Positions 47,960-58,416 of a DNA stretch of 64,000 bases are shown in pieces (position 1 is the first letter of the stretch; each line of letters opens with the position of its first letter). A program made the position numbers and the translations under genes. The DNA is from a bacterium (GTDB lineage Bacteria; Zhuqueibacterota; Zhuqueibacteria; Residuimicrobiales; Krinioviventaceae), in the NCBI GenBank assembly GCA_963674595.2, contig CAXXFV010000023.1, positions 1 through 64,000 of the forward strand, given 5' to 3'. A model generated the notes under the pieces. The model was given only the letters and a program-made list of their open reading frames with translations, ran no database searches and was not told where the DNA came from.

Positions 47960-48871
47960 ATGTATAACGAACAAATAACATGTGCATATTTATATATTAT
48001 TACAAAATACGGTTATCCACCGCCGGCAGAAAATACGATTGATTATTTAAAACAGATGAAAGAATTGGGATTTAAAAGTATTGAACTGGAAGGTATCCGC
48101 GAAAAACATCTTTTGGATATGTACAGCAGGCGCTTTGACATACATCAAAATTTGGAAAAGTTGAATTTGACGGTACCTTATTTTTGTGTTGTTTTGCCGG
48201 GACTTGCTTCGGCGGATAAAAAAGAACGTAATAAAAATATAACATTGTTTGAAATAGGCTGTAAAATCGCCCAATTGATTGGAGCCAAAGGAGTTCTCGA
48301 TAATGCACCGCTTCCGCCGTATCAGTTTCCGGATGATATTCCTGTTGTGCGCCATTATGACGAGGATGTTCTTTTAAATGCCCATTTGCCGCAAAATTTT
48401 AACTGGAAAAATTATTGGCCGGAATTAATTGAGACCTTTCGTAACGCCTGCGATATTGCCGCAAGCTATAATCTGACCTTTCAAATGCATCCCTGTCTGG
48501 GATCGCTGTCCTCAACATGCGATGCATTTTTATATTTTTATGACGCTGTCGGTCGTGACAATCTGCGTTTTAATTTTGATACGGCCAATCAATATATGCT
48601 AAAAGACAATCTCATTCTGTCCCTTTACCGCCTGGCTGATCACATCGATTATATTCATTTATCCGATAACCGTGGTTTAAAAGTAGAGCACTTGACACCC
48701 GGACAGGGCACTATCAATTGGGACCTGTTTTTTGAAACATTGGATAAAATCTCTTTCAAGGGGCATATCGGTTTGGATATTGGCGGCGCAGAATCCGGGA
48801 TTGATGATATTGAAAATGCCTATAAAACAGCCGCAGAATGGTTGTCCGATTCCTGGCAAAAGAAGGTATAA
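47960..48871 (+). CDS. Sugar phosphate isomerase/epimerase (AP endonuclease 2 TIM barrel)
   Basis: FNFDTAN, YIHLSDN, HL.PGQGTINW. Confidence 0.85.
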   Translation: MYNEQITCAYLYIITKYGYPPPAENTIDYLKQMKELGFKSIELEGIREKHLLDMYSRRFDIHQNLEKLNLTVPYFCVVLPGLASADKKERNKNITLFEIGCKIAQLIGAKGVLDNAPLPPYQFPDDIPVVRHYDEDVLLNAHLPQNFNWKNYWPELIETFRNACDIAASYNLTFQMHPCLGSLSSTCDAFLYFYDAVGRDNLRFNFDTANQYMLKDNLILSLYRLADHIDYIHLSDNRGLKVEHLTPGQGTINWDLFFETLDKISFKGHIGLDIGGAESGIDDIENAYKTAAEWLSDSWQKKV

Positions 48872-51475
48872 ATGATGAAAAAAAATATTTTTTGTGTGTT
48901 CTGTTTTATATTTCTCGTTTCAACGTTTTCATTTGCTGAAGATTTGCACCTTGTGCCCTGGCCGCAAGAGGTAACCCGGCTGGACAGTGTTTATAGGTTC
49001 TCATCGGAAAATAGCCGGATTGTCATTGAACCGGAGAATGATTCGGATATGCAATTTGCAGCAAAGCAACTGCAACAGGAAATTAAAAATGATGCTGAAA
49101 TTGATATAAAAATTACCGATCAGGACAATCCGTCGGCTCAGATATTACTGACTTTAATGCCGAATAAAAAAACGATTAAAGAATTAAAAGAGAATGGACT
49201 GGTACTTGATGAGAAATTAGGTGATGAAGGGTATGTGCTTTTTGTACAACCGAAAAAAATTATCATTGCAGCAAAAACTTCAAGCGGTGTGTTTTATGGC
49301 GTACAAACACTTAAACAGCTTGTTCGGGTCCATATTGATAAAAACAGCATCCCCTGTGTAGCTGTCAGGGATTGGCCGACATTACAGCTTCGCGGCGTTT
49401 CCGACGATATCAGTCGCGGGCCCATTCCGACTATGGAATTTTTCAAAGAGTGCATTCGCCGCTATGCCGAGTTAAAAATCAATATGCTGAACTATTACAC
49501 GGAAAATGTGGTCAGGACGAAAAAACACGGTTGTTTTGCTCCTTCCGGGGCATTGACTTTGGAGCAAATCCGCGAGCTTTCCGGTTACGCAAAAAAATAT
49601 CATATCGATCTTGTGGGCTGTTTCCAGTCTTTTGGTCATTTTGAAAAAATTCTGGAATATCCTCAGTATGAACATCTGGGTGAGATGGGATCGTTATTAT
49701 CACCGGCTTATAAAGAGTCTTATCAACTGCTGGCCGATATTTACAGCGAGCTGGTGCCGGTTTATCCGTCGCCATATTTTACCGTTCTGTGTGATGAATT
49801 GTGGGCGTTGGGTAAAGGCGCCAGTGAAAAAATGGTAGCGGAAAAAGGACGCGCCCGGATCTTTGCCGACCATGTCAACTGGTTACATGATGAACTGGGA
49901 AAATATAATAAAAAGATCCTGGTTACCGCAGATGAACCGTTGCAGCACCCGGACATGTTCGATTTGATGAAAAAGGACATTATTCTTTTGCCCTGGGATT
50001 ATAGTGGTAAAGAATCCTTTAGCGACATGCTGCAACCCATAGCAGACCACGGATTTAATTTTCTGGTAACAACCGGTGTTAACGGCTGGCGGAAAACATT
50101 CCCTGTTTTAAATGAGAGTCTGGTAAATATTAAAAATTTTGTTCGTGACGGTGTTCGTTATAATGCTTTGGGTATGTTAAACACGACCTGGGACGAATGG
50201 GGCTCCGGATTTTTTACCAACAACTGGTATGGTATTGCCTACGGGGCGGATCAGGGTTGGCATTCGGAAAATTCTTATTCAGACGATTTCGGAAACAGAT
50301 TTTCTGCTGCAATTTATGGTGATAAATCAGCAACTGTTTACAAGGTAATAAAAACCTTAACTGATGTGGCGAGCATTCCGCCGCTGCGGAACTATGAATC
50401 AACCGTATTTTTCAGTCGTCTTTTCCCGGATGTTGGATTGTCTGCCCAGTTGTCAATTCTTTACTGGAATGATTTGAAAGCAGCAGGTGAAAAAGCATTA
50501 CAACTGTTACAAAAGAGCCCAACAGCGTTGTACAGCAAAGACATGTTATATTTACGCTACGCGGCTGATCAGTTGATTTTTATGGCGGATTACCGAATGG
50601 CCGTGCTTCAGACTGCTGAATATTATCGCCAGGCTTGTTTGAACCAGAATGATAAAGACGCGTGTAGAAATTATTTATTAAAATCCATTGAATTGTTGTC
50701 ATCCATTCGTCAGCGTTGGCAAGGGCTTGAAGAACAGCACAAAAATTTATGGCTTTTGGAAAACAGGAGCTATTGGCTGGAAAATATTGTCGAGCAATTT
50801 CAGTTGCTGGAAAATGATTTGGATGATGTTATCGGACGTTTGACAAACGCCTATTCTGATTTTGAAAAGGGTATCTTTTTGCCGTCACCGGCGCGAGTGC
50901 GGTTGGCTGTTAAAGAGTTAAGGGGAAATTTTTTCCAGACCTGGCTTTTATGCGGCAGTTTTCCCAATCCAAAAGACAATCCCGATGCGCCTTCTCATTC
51001 ACCGGCATGTGTCGGATTTCGAACGGATTATTTAACGGCCATTGGCGGTGAAACGAATGCCAAACCGACCGAAGGGCTTTATGTACAAAGACCGGAAAAG
51101 TCCCAAATTTCATGGAAAATGCATACCACCAACCTTGGTGCTAAAATCGATCTGAAAAATTTGTTTGATTTTGCGGAACGGTCTGTAGCCTATGCCTATT
51201 GCGAAATTATGGCACCGGAAAATATGACCGTCAAGGCGGCTCTGGGCAGCAATGACGGGGTTAAAGTCTTTCTGAACGGCCGTTTGCTCCATGAAAAACA
51301 TGAACTGCGCTTTGTTAAAATCGATGAAGACGTGGTAGATTTTTCATTGCAAAAGGGCACAAACAGAGTGTTGCTGAAAATTGATCAGGGACGCGGCAAG
51401 TGGGGTTTTGTCTTTCGTTTAAAAGACGTTCCGATTGAAAATCGTGGGAATCTTTATACCATTAAAGAGGAGTAA
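48872..51475 (+). CDS. GH20-like beta-N-acetylhexosaminidase with C-terminal jelly-roll domain
   Basis: DEGY.L, YGVQTL.QL, DWP....RG...DISRG, GH, catalytic CDE pair, WDY, TTW; C-terminal GSNDG.KVFLNG...GTNRVLLK. Confidence 0.83.
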   Translation: MMKKNIFCVFCFIFLVSTFSFAEDLHLVPWPQEVTRLDSVYRFSSENSRIVIEPENDSDMQFAAKQLQQEIKNDAEIDIKITDQDNPSAQILLTLMPNKKTIKELKENGLVLDEKLGDEGYVLFVQPKKIIIAAKTSSGVFYGVQTLKQLVRVHIDKNSIPCVAVRDWPTLQLRGVSDDISRGPIPTMEFFKECIRRYAELKINMLNYYTENVVRTKKHGCFAPSGALTLEQIRELSGYAKKYHIDLVGCFQSFGHFEKILEYPQYEHLGEMGSLLSPAYKESYQLLADIYSELVPVYPSPYFTVLCDELWALGKGASEKMVAEKGRARIFADHVNWLHDELGKYNKKILVTADEPLQHPDMFDLMKKDIILLPWDYSGKESFSDMLQPIADHGFNFLVTTGVNGWRKTFPVLNESLVNIKNFVRDGVRYNALGMLNTTWDEWGSGFFTNNWYGIAYGADQGWHSENSYSDDFGNRFSAAIYGDKSATVYKVIKTLTDVASIPPLRNYESTVFFSRLFPDVGLSAQLSILYWNDLKAAGEKALQLLQKSPTALYSKDMLYLRYAADQLIFMADYRMAVLQTAEYYRQACLNQNDKDACRNYLLKSIELLSSIRQRWQGLEEQHKNLWLLENRSYWLENIVEQFQLLENDLDDVIGRLTNAYSDFEKGIFLPSPARVRLAVKELRGNFFQTWLLCGSFPNPKDNPDAPSHSPACVGFRTDYLTAIGGETNAKPTEGLYVQRPEKSQISWKMHTTNLGAKIDLKNLFDFAERSVAYAYCEIMAPENMTVKAALGSNDGVKVFLNGRLLHEKHELRFVKIDEDVVDFSLQKGTNRVLLKIDQGRGKWGFVFRLKDVPIENRGNLYTIKEE

Positions 51476-51479
51476 ATAA

Positions 51480-52730
51480 ATGATGAATTCGGTTAAAACG
51501 GTGATCACAATTTTAATTAGAGTTTTTATGCTTTTAGCAGTCTCTGTCTTTGCCCAGGATTGGGCGGAATTAAAACCGGCTGTTCTTGAGGCTATTCAGG
51601 ATGGTGCGGATTATGCCTCGGATGTACTTTTGGATGAAAACGGCAAGAGCCGTTGCGACTATCATCTGGTGCAGGGAAAGTGGTACGATTATGAACCGCC
51701 GTGGCATACCGGACAGCTTGTTTATGCTTTGGTTGATGCTTATGACATTACAAAAAATGAAAAATATTTGCAGGCTGCCGTCAGGGCCGGAAACTGGTGG
51801 AAAAGCCTTGAAATTACAGACCATCCGAAATTAAAGGGAATGCTGCGTGCTGTCCATGGAGATACTAATCCTCATATCGTTTTTGCCACGGTCAGCGACG
51901 GGTCGGCAGGGCTGTTTTTATTAAGCAAAACAACCGGAAACAACGAGTATGCCGATGTGGCAACATCCGCAGGTGACTGGATGATGAAAAACATGTGGGT
52001 GCCTGAACAAAAAGTGTTTTATGATTGTGTGAACCCGGAGACGGGAGAGGTGTTAAAGGAAAAAAGTCCCTTTTGGCCGGATAAGGAACAGCAAGAATTG
52101 TTTGATGTGTCCCGTCCGAATAATGAAGGTTCTATCTTTAAAGACATGTTTGAGCATACCGGCAAAAAGGAATACATGGACATGTTTATCACCCTTTGCG
52201 AAAGTCTGTTAGAGTACCAGGACGAATATGGATTATGGATGGATTTTATGCCGAATGACAAAGAAAGTGGGTATTTTCATCCGCGTTTTAATCTCTGGTA
52301 TGCGGAATCTTTACTTGAAGGGTATGAACTGACAGGTGATAAACGATATTTAATGGCCGCCAAAAAGACCGGTGATTTTTATGTCAATTTTCAAAAACAG
52401 GACGGCACGTTTTATTATAAAAACTATGTGGATGGTCACAGTTCGACCAAATCCATTTGCGGCTCTGCTGTTTCCTTTGCCGGAATCATCTGGCTGAGGT
52501 TATTGGAATATGGTGTCGGGGACCACTATAAAGACAATATTGAAAAATCCGTAAACTGGCTTGTTACAAACCGGTATGCTAAAGACCATCCGGACCCGAA
52601 TCTGGCCGGCGGTTTTTTTGAAACACGGGTGCGTTTTATTAAAGGCAATGTCTGGATTGTAAATCGGGATATTGCCACAGCTTTTGGTGTACGTTTTTTA
52701 AGTGATTTTTACAGGTTTTTGGAAAAATAA
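51480..52730 (+). CDS. Secreted (alpha/alpha)-barrel glycoside hydrolase/epimerase-like protein
   Basis: Signal peptide; repeated AY.ITKNEKYL / YELTGDKRYL helical-hairpin motifs typical of six-hairpin glycosidases. Confidence 0.65.
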   Translation: MMNSVKTVITILIRVFMLLAVSVFAQDWAELKPAVLEAIQDGADYASDVLLDENGKSRCDYHLVQGKWYDYEPPWHTGQLVYALVDAYDITKNEKYLQAAVRAGNWWKSLEITDHPKLKGMLRAVHGDTNPHIVFATVSDGSAGLFLLSKTTGNNEYADVATSAGDWMMKNMWVPEQKVFYDCVNPETGEVLKEKSPFWPDKEQQELFDVSRPNNEGSIFKDMFEHTGKKEYMDMFITLCESLLEYQDEYGLWMDFMPNDKESGYFHPRFNLWYAESLLEGYELTGDKRYLMAAKKTGDFYVNFQKQDGTFYYKNYVDGHSSTKSICGSAVSFAGIIWLRLLEYGVGDHYKDNIEKSVNWLVTNRYAKDHPDPNLAGGFFETRVRFIKGNVWIVNRDIATAFGVRFLSDFYRFLEK

Positions 52731-52776
52731 AAATATCACCTGGGGGATTTTATTTTTACTGTAAAATTTAATATCG

Positions 52777-53859
52777 TTATCTTTTCCATACTATATTTAT
52801 AGAAAAAGTTGAATAATTTTCCCATTTGTCATAATCAACAATATAACTGGGTTGTTTCATATTTAAATAGTTAATAACAATGTTTAGTGGATATTTCATA
52901 TCTACAAAATGTTCAATTGGGAGATTGATACCGGCCCCATATGTTATATCCGTTACTCTGTCTTTATTACTATAACCTCCCGGCATATTTAGCGAATAAA
53001 CTCCCATTCGAATAAATAACAAATCTAAAAATGAAAATTCACCGCCTGCCTTGAAAACAGTTTTATAAGAATAATTCAGCACATCTTCATACTCTATATT
53101 GAGCAGAAATCCATATTTATACCGGTTTTCCAAAACAGTATTTGGACCAAATGAGAATTGATATGCGGTACCGGCTCGTAAAATTACCGGAAACACAACT
53201 CCATTTTTAATTTTGGTGCCAAACATGTCGTAATAATCCATCGTCACATTCGTGATATTTTGGATTGAAAGCCCAAAATGCATTTTTCGGTTTTCATGTT
53301 TTGTCTTTTTTATTTGAATAGTTTTTTTTATTCCCAGGTCAACCGGATAGGCTGTAGATGTTTCATAGTTTAATTTATCCTGATATATATTAAAATTAAC
53401 GCCGACTGCTAATAAGGAACCGAATGATTTGGCGTAATTAAACGTATAAAGAGATACTCCAGGGGTGTATTTTTCAGGTTCTTGATTGATTCCAGAGGTT
53501 GTTTTGCTGGTTTCTTGACCTAACGAATAGTGATACCAACTTAATCCAATCACGCCATATTCTTTAGACCCATAGTTGACGCCTAAAAAATGATAAAAAG
53601 CCTTTTCAGCAAGATATACGGGACTTGAATGCGAGTAACCCAGATCAAAACCTTCAAGTTGATGATTTCCGGCTGGATTTGCGAGGATGGTAAACACACC
53701 GTCATTATTCGCCACCAAAGTTCTTCCCATGGATTCTGATTTTGTACTGTTTGAACGTTCTAAATAGAGCCCGGAACTATACTTTTCATATTCTTTATAA
53801 AACGCAAACAATTTGGTTTGAATAAAAAGTAGTAGAATTAACAGAAACAGCTTTTTCAT
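52777..53859 (-). CDS. PorV/PorQ-family outer-membrane beta-barrel protein
   Basis: Signal peptide; SMG...VA......ANPAG; P.ILRAG.AY; GGEF; alternating beta-strand pattern. Confidence 0.7.
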   Translation of the reverse strand: MKKLFLLILLLFIQTKLFAFYKEYEKYSSGLYLERSNSTKSESMGRTLVANNDGVFTILANPAGNHQLEGFDLGYSHSSPVYLAEKAFYHFLGVNYGSKEYGVIGLSWYHYSLGQETSKTTSGINQEPEKYTPGVSLYTFNYAKSFGSLLAVGVNFNIYQDKLNYETSTAYPVDLGIKKTIQIKKTKHENRKMHFGLSIQNITNVTMDYYDMFGTKIKNGVVFPVILRAGTAYQFSFGPNTVLENRYKYGFLLNIEYEDVLNYSYKTVFKAGGEFSFLDLLFIRMGVYSLNMPGGYSNKDRVTDITYGAGINLPIEHFVDMKYPLNIVINYLNMKQPSYIVDYDKWENYSTFSINIVWKR

Positions 53860-53976
53860 TTTTTTCTCCGTAAATTGTTTCTTATGGCAATTAGTTTTTC
53901 TGTCTTTTTAGTTTTCCCCTGTACCGGATGTTATGAGATTTATCAATTAATAAAATGATGCACCCCCAATTTATTT

Positions 53977-54567
53977 TTATCCCTGATAAAAATGGTCCCT
54001 TTGCCAGGATTTTGGATTGTTTAAAATATAGGATGTTATTTTATTGTAATCTGTTTGATTATAAATAATGTGATCATAAAAAGATTTTTGCCATTCAAAC
54101 CTGTCTGTGCTGATTTTATTGATACGGCGGGAAGATAATGATTTAAAACCCCGAATCATTTCACATAATCCGTGTATTTTTTCTGATTTTGGATGTCGGC
54201 AATCCTCTTCTTTTAATGTCGTGTATTCGGATTTTTTTGACAAATCACCTGGATGCTGGTCTTCATGATTGTTATGGTTATTCTTTTCATTATTTATTTG
54301 GATCAGCATGTGCACATGATTCGGCATGATAACATAAGAGTGTACCACACAATTTGGATATTGAAAAGGTAACTTTATCAGGCATTCCCGGACTATTTGT
54401 CCAAAGGCTGAATAGTACATAGTTCCGTCAAATATCCAGCCAAAAACAGTTTTTGAATGTTTTACACATGTTGTTACAAAATAACATCCGTTATGGCAAT
54501 AATCATGTTCTTTCAGGCGAACAGCTCTGTGATTTTCAAATAATGATTTGGAAATATTTGCCGACAT
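53977..54567 (-). mobile_element. Y1 HUH transposase, REP-associated tyrosine transposase (RAYT)-like
   Basis: RL..HDY...G.YFVT.C, VIMPNHVH (HUH), IRGFKS, WQKSFYDHII, YILNNP (catalytic Tyr). Confidence 0.85.
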
Positions 54568-54765
54568 AAGTACTCTTGGGTTTTATATACAACTCTATTT
54601 ATGGACCCCTGATAAAATTTTGACGGGATTTCAACAAGATGTTGAGAATACGTCCGGTTTTACCCGCCCCAGATACAACAGCCCACAACTGTATTTATTA
54701 ATTATAAAACATCTGTTTAAATTTAGCAAGTGTTAATTTGAAATTTTTTCTAAAAAAATTATTTC

Positions 54766-54789
54766 GGGACAGGACCCATTCCTGCCCCA
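54766..54789 (-). terminator. Probable terminator of the DUF1080 operon
   Basis: Minus strand GGGGCAGGA-ATGGG-TCCTGTCCC, followed by an AT/T-rich tract just after the stop. Confidence 0.6.
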
Positions 54790-54798
54790 TAAAATTTT

Positions 54799-56070
54799 TT
54801 ATAATTCTTTGATAAAAATATTGGTAAACTCGACAGGATCACCGTGATGCTGCAAAGCAATGGGACCTGTTTCCGGCATGTCCGGAAGCTCTGCGTTGTT
54901 TATAACCCGTTTTCCGTTTAGCAATACGGTAACAAAACTGCCTTTAACCGTAATTTCAAACCGGTTCCATTCACCGATGGGATTGTCGGCATTGACGATT
55001 GGTGTTGCTGCTTTTCTGATTTGTGCCGGCATTTTATCATCTGTACGGTATCCCCAAATTTCTCCCGATCCGATGGGCCAGTTCCAGATATTGATTTGAC
55101 TTTTGGATGTTCCCCGCAAATAAATTCCGCTGTCTCCGGCATCCGGAACAGTGACTTTAATCTGTTTTCCTCTTTTATTTACAGCATAGGATCCGTCCGG
55201 CAGGATAACCTGCACAGCATCCGGCTTGGGCTCTGAAGGCTGCCGCCAGTCAACAATCAATACAAAATCTTTATAATTTTTTGCAGTCCACAAATGACGG
55301 TCTTCGCCCTCGGCCTCGCTTTTTCCGTCGTAAGAAATAATCCCGTCTTTAACCTGCCAATGACCTTCATTCCCCTTGACATGTTTCCAGCTATCCAGAT
55401 TAACATGATTAAAAAGACTGACAAATCCTTGTGCCGGAAGAGCGGTTGTTTGTTCATTCGTGCTGGAGGGCGGTAATTCTCTGATATTGATATTTTTATA
55501 ATGAACAGAAGAACCGTTTGTTGTTAAACAAATATATCCTTTACGTGGATTACAATTAAAAACACGCTGAACATTACCGTTTATCGTCGCGGTCAACATA
55601 CCGTCCAGAGATTTTATCCGGCAGGTATTCCATTGTTTATTCGGCTTGGAGCTTTTTCCTTTATCTTTTTCAGCGCTGTCTTTAATCATGAATGCATTGT
55701 AAAGAGGACGAATGCCGTTACCTTGTTCGGCGTCAAGATTTATTTCAATGGATCGCATAAACGCCCTGCCTGTGGCCGGCAGGGCATCGGCATGAACCAG
55801 TAAAGCATTTTCCCCTTTCAGGTCCTGCCGCTGCCATTCCAGTTCCAGGATATAGTTTTCATACTGTTTATCAGTCCTCAGCACACCCTGTGGTTGACCA
55901 CTGCATTTAAGGATTTCATTTTCAATGGCCCACGTATCCGGACTGTTGTAAGCATTGGTCCATCCCTCCAGGTTTTGGCCGTTAAAGAGAGAGATTAAGG
56001 GTTCTTTTGCCTGCATACACACAGACGTAAATAAAGCCAGTATAATAACAACATATTTATAAGCTTTCAT
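54799..56070 (-). CDS. Secreted tandem DUF1080 (3-keto-disaccharide hydrolase family) protein
   Basis: Two repeats beginning SLFNG.NL.GW / SLFN..NL..W; DSGIYLRG, GEWNRFEI, GPIALQHHG. Confidence 0.88.
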   Translation of the reverse strand: MKAYKYVVIILALFTSVCMQAKEPLISLFNGQNLEGWTNAYNSPDTWAIENEILKCSGQPQGVLRTDKQYENYILELEWQRQDLKGENALLVHADALPATGRAFMRSIEINLDAEQGNGIRPLYNAFMIKDSAEKDKGKSSKPNKQWNTCRIKSLDGMLTATINGNVQRVFNCNPRKGYICLTTNGSSVHYKNINIRELPPSSTNEQTTALPAQGFVSLFNHVNLDSWKHVKGNEGHWQVKDGIISYDGKSEAEGEDRHLWTAKNYKDFVLIVDWRQPSEPKPDAVQVILPDGSYAVNKRGKQIKVTVPDAGDSGIYLRGTSKSQINIWNWPIGSGEIWGYRTDDKMPAQIRKAATPIVNADNPIGEWNRFEITVKGSFVTVLLNGKRVINNAELPDMPETGPIALQHHGDPVEFTNIFIKEL

Positions 56071-56111
56071 TTTTTTCCCCTTAACGTTTAGACCTGTTCT
56101 GCCGATGAAAA

Positions 56112-56888
56112 TTATTTTAATTCATCAAGCCAGTTTTTTAATGTTGCGGCATCCTGTAAAAATTGTTCCGGTGAATTGTTTTTAACAAATTCCAGCATGG
56201 CATCGCGGTCATTGGATAGTGTATTGGCAAGTTTTAAATAGTCCAGCCAGACGTTTTCTCCTGCCGACAAAGGAAATTGTTCCCTGTTCTCACCGTTAAA
56301 TGTCCAGTGAAAGACATGGAGATTACACAATTTCGGTAACAGCTTTTCCAGTCCTTCAAGGCAATATGATTTATCTTTACCGTTTGTCGGCTGCCAATAG
56401 GACAGGATATTGGAATGGTCAACATCTTTAATAAGCTGCTGGGCTGATTCATTGGTGTCTGTTAATGTATCGGAATGATATTCGTAGGCAATTTTAATAC
56501 CTTCTTTTTGGGCTATGTCGGCAATGCGTATGGAATCGTCGGCCACTTTTGTTCGATAATCCGCATCAGCAAGAGCAGAACCTTTTTGTCCGGCCCAAAC
56601 CCGAATGACAGGGGCCTCAAGAGCCAGGGCAGAAGCCAGTACGGCATTAAAAGACAGTCCCTGGTTTTCGCTCTCGGCAACACGATAATAAGAACCATAA
56701 GCGGCAACTCTTAATCCGGCGTTGCGGGTCATTGCTGCAACATCTTGGGCTGTTTTTTCTTCACCATGGGGAACATGAACATCTCCGCCCCACTCAATAC
56801 AATCCAGTTGTGCCTGTTCTACAAGTTGAATTATTTCATCGGTTTTTAATTGGCGAAAGGTAACGGAAACAAGTCCGGGTTTAATCAT
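56112..56888 (-). CDS. Sugar phosphate isomerase/epimerase (AP endonuclease 2 TIM barrel)
   Basis: GLVSVTFR, IEWGGDVHVP, YGSYY, IRVWAG, EYH..TLTD, YWQP, HVF, LEF. Confidence 0.87.
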   Translation of the reverse strand: MIKPGLVSVTFRQLKTDEIIQLVEQAQLDCIEWGGDVHVPHGEEKTAQDVAAMTRNAGLRVAAYGSYYRVAESENQGLSFNAVLASALALEAPVIRVWAGQKGSALADADYRTKVADDSIRIADIAQKEGIKIAYEYHSDTLTDTNESAQQLIKDVDHSNILSYWQPTNGKDKSYCLEGLEKLLPKLCNLHVFHWTFNGENREQFPLSAGENVWLDYLKLANTLSNDRDAMLEFVKNNSPEQFLQDAATLKNWLDELK

Positions 56889-56980
56889 TATAAGGTCCTT
56901 TATATTTTTAGGATTTAAGGATATTTTTTATTTAATAATATTTTATATGAAAAGAATAATTAAAATTTATAACAACAAAC

Positions 56981-58168
56981 TCAGATCGAATCATAAACCG
57001 CTTGTCTGTTTTCATCCGGCAGTTTTACTTCGTTAAAAAAGGTCATGCCTTTAAAACGGGGATTGGTTTTGTAATATTCTTTGCCCCATTTTATAATGGA
57101 CTTTATATATTTTGGTCCTTTGGGCGGTAGTTTGTAATTATGGGGAGCATCTCTGCGAATGGTTGTGTGCAGGTAAATGTCCATTGGCGCCAGAAAATCG
57201 ATAACTTTTTGTATTTCTTCAATTTCCTGTTCTTTATGACGGCCTTCACAATAGGGCATAAGAAAATCACAACCGATTTCTTTGAGTGTTTTCGGATCAT
57301 GCCCGCGATCAAGTTGGAATTTTGCAATATCACCATCTGATGGTGAAAATCCGGTATAAAATCCGAATTGGAAGTTTGGATTGATGGATTTGGCCAGATT
57401 TTTTAAATCGATCAGGGTATCACGAATCCGGATAGCCTTCCATTGTCGAATTTCCGTGGTAGATAATTCGTCCATCTCTTTTCCGGTGTCCTGTTTTATA
57501 CGTTGAAGCGAATCTGTACAATAACAGGTGTCTCCTGAATAGGATGGATGTTCCAATACAATACCATCAAGGTCTTTATATCGGGTCAATACATCTGTAA
57601 TTTTATCGCGCATATATTGGTGTGCCTGACTGCTGTCACAACAAAGGTGTAGTGTTTCTGTGGCTTTGCGTTCATATTCGCCGGCTTCCGGTGGAGTTTG
57701 ATGGATACTGCTGCCGTCTTTTTTGGTTAAAAATTTGACTCCCGGATATCCTTCCTTAACGCCGATCATACCCAGATATTTTATTTCTATAAAAATTTTG
57801 ATGTTTAAAGAGTGTGCTTTTTTAATTATTTTTGAAAAGAATTCCGTTTCTTCAAATGCATTGACCGCTTTTTTATCCACTTGGAGTTTTAGTTTTTCAT
57901 TTTTCACCGGCCATGCCAACCCATGGTTCAGAGGCGAATAATATCCGTGGCTTGCCATCATAACTATTAAATGCCCCATCCCGTGGGCATGCATTTCATC
58001 CAGCAGATTGCTGAAATAATCATATCCCAGTTTTCTATCATTGGTTTCGTATGTTAAACAGGTGGTCCATCCGAAATTCATTTTTTTGTGATTTGTTTTA
58101 TGGCAGGCAACATTCCAAAAAGCAAATGGTAATGTACCCAATATTTTGATAAACTCCTGACGTTTCAT
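56981..58168 (-). CDS. Exported TIM-barrel glycoside-hydrolase-like hypothetical protein
   Basis: Tat-like MKRQEFIK plus lipobox-like NVAC; IKKAH..NIK, YKDLDGIVLE, CYC motifs reminiscent of GHL10/GH42-type barrels. Confidence 0.55.
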   Translation of the reverse strand: MKRQEFIKILGTLPFAFWNVACHKTNHKKMNFGWTTCLTYETNDRKLGYDYFSNLLDEMHAHGMGHLIVMMASHGYYSPLNHGLAWPVKNEKLKLQVDKKAVNAFEETEFFSKIIKKAHSLNIKIFIEIKYLGMIGVKEGYPGVKFLTKKDGSSIHQTPPEAGEYERKATETLHLCCDSSQAHQYMRDKITDVLTRYKDLDGIVLEHPSYSGDTCYCTDSLQRIKQDTGKEMDELSTTEIRQWKAIRIRDTLIDLKNLAKSINPNFQFGFYTGFSPSDGDIAKFQLDRGHDPKTLKEIGCDFLMPYCEGRHKEQEIEEIQKVIDFLAPMDIYLHTTIRRDAPHNYKLPPKGPKYIKSIIKWGKEYYKTNPRFKGMTFFNEVKLPDENRQAVYDSI

Positions 58169-58416
58169 AGCCGTTTTCCTTTTCCTTTTATGTTGGGACC
58201 AGAATAGCAGAATGTTTGGATATTATCCGTTTTTAAAAGATAATAATTTTTTATCTATAATTCCAATACTGAAGATTAAATATTTATGAAAACCGGTTAG
58301 AGTTTGAGATTTTTTGTCTTTTCCGTTCAGGTTTATGAACCAATTATCAGACAATTGAAAAGGGATTTTTAAAATATCTTGTCAGATGAAATTCAGTTTA
58401 TTTTGTTAAAAAGGAC

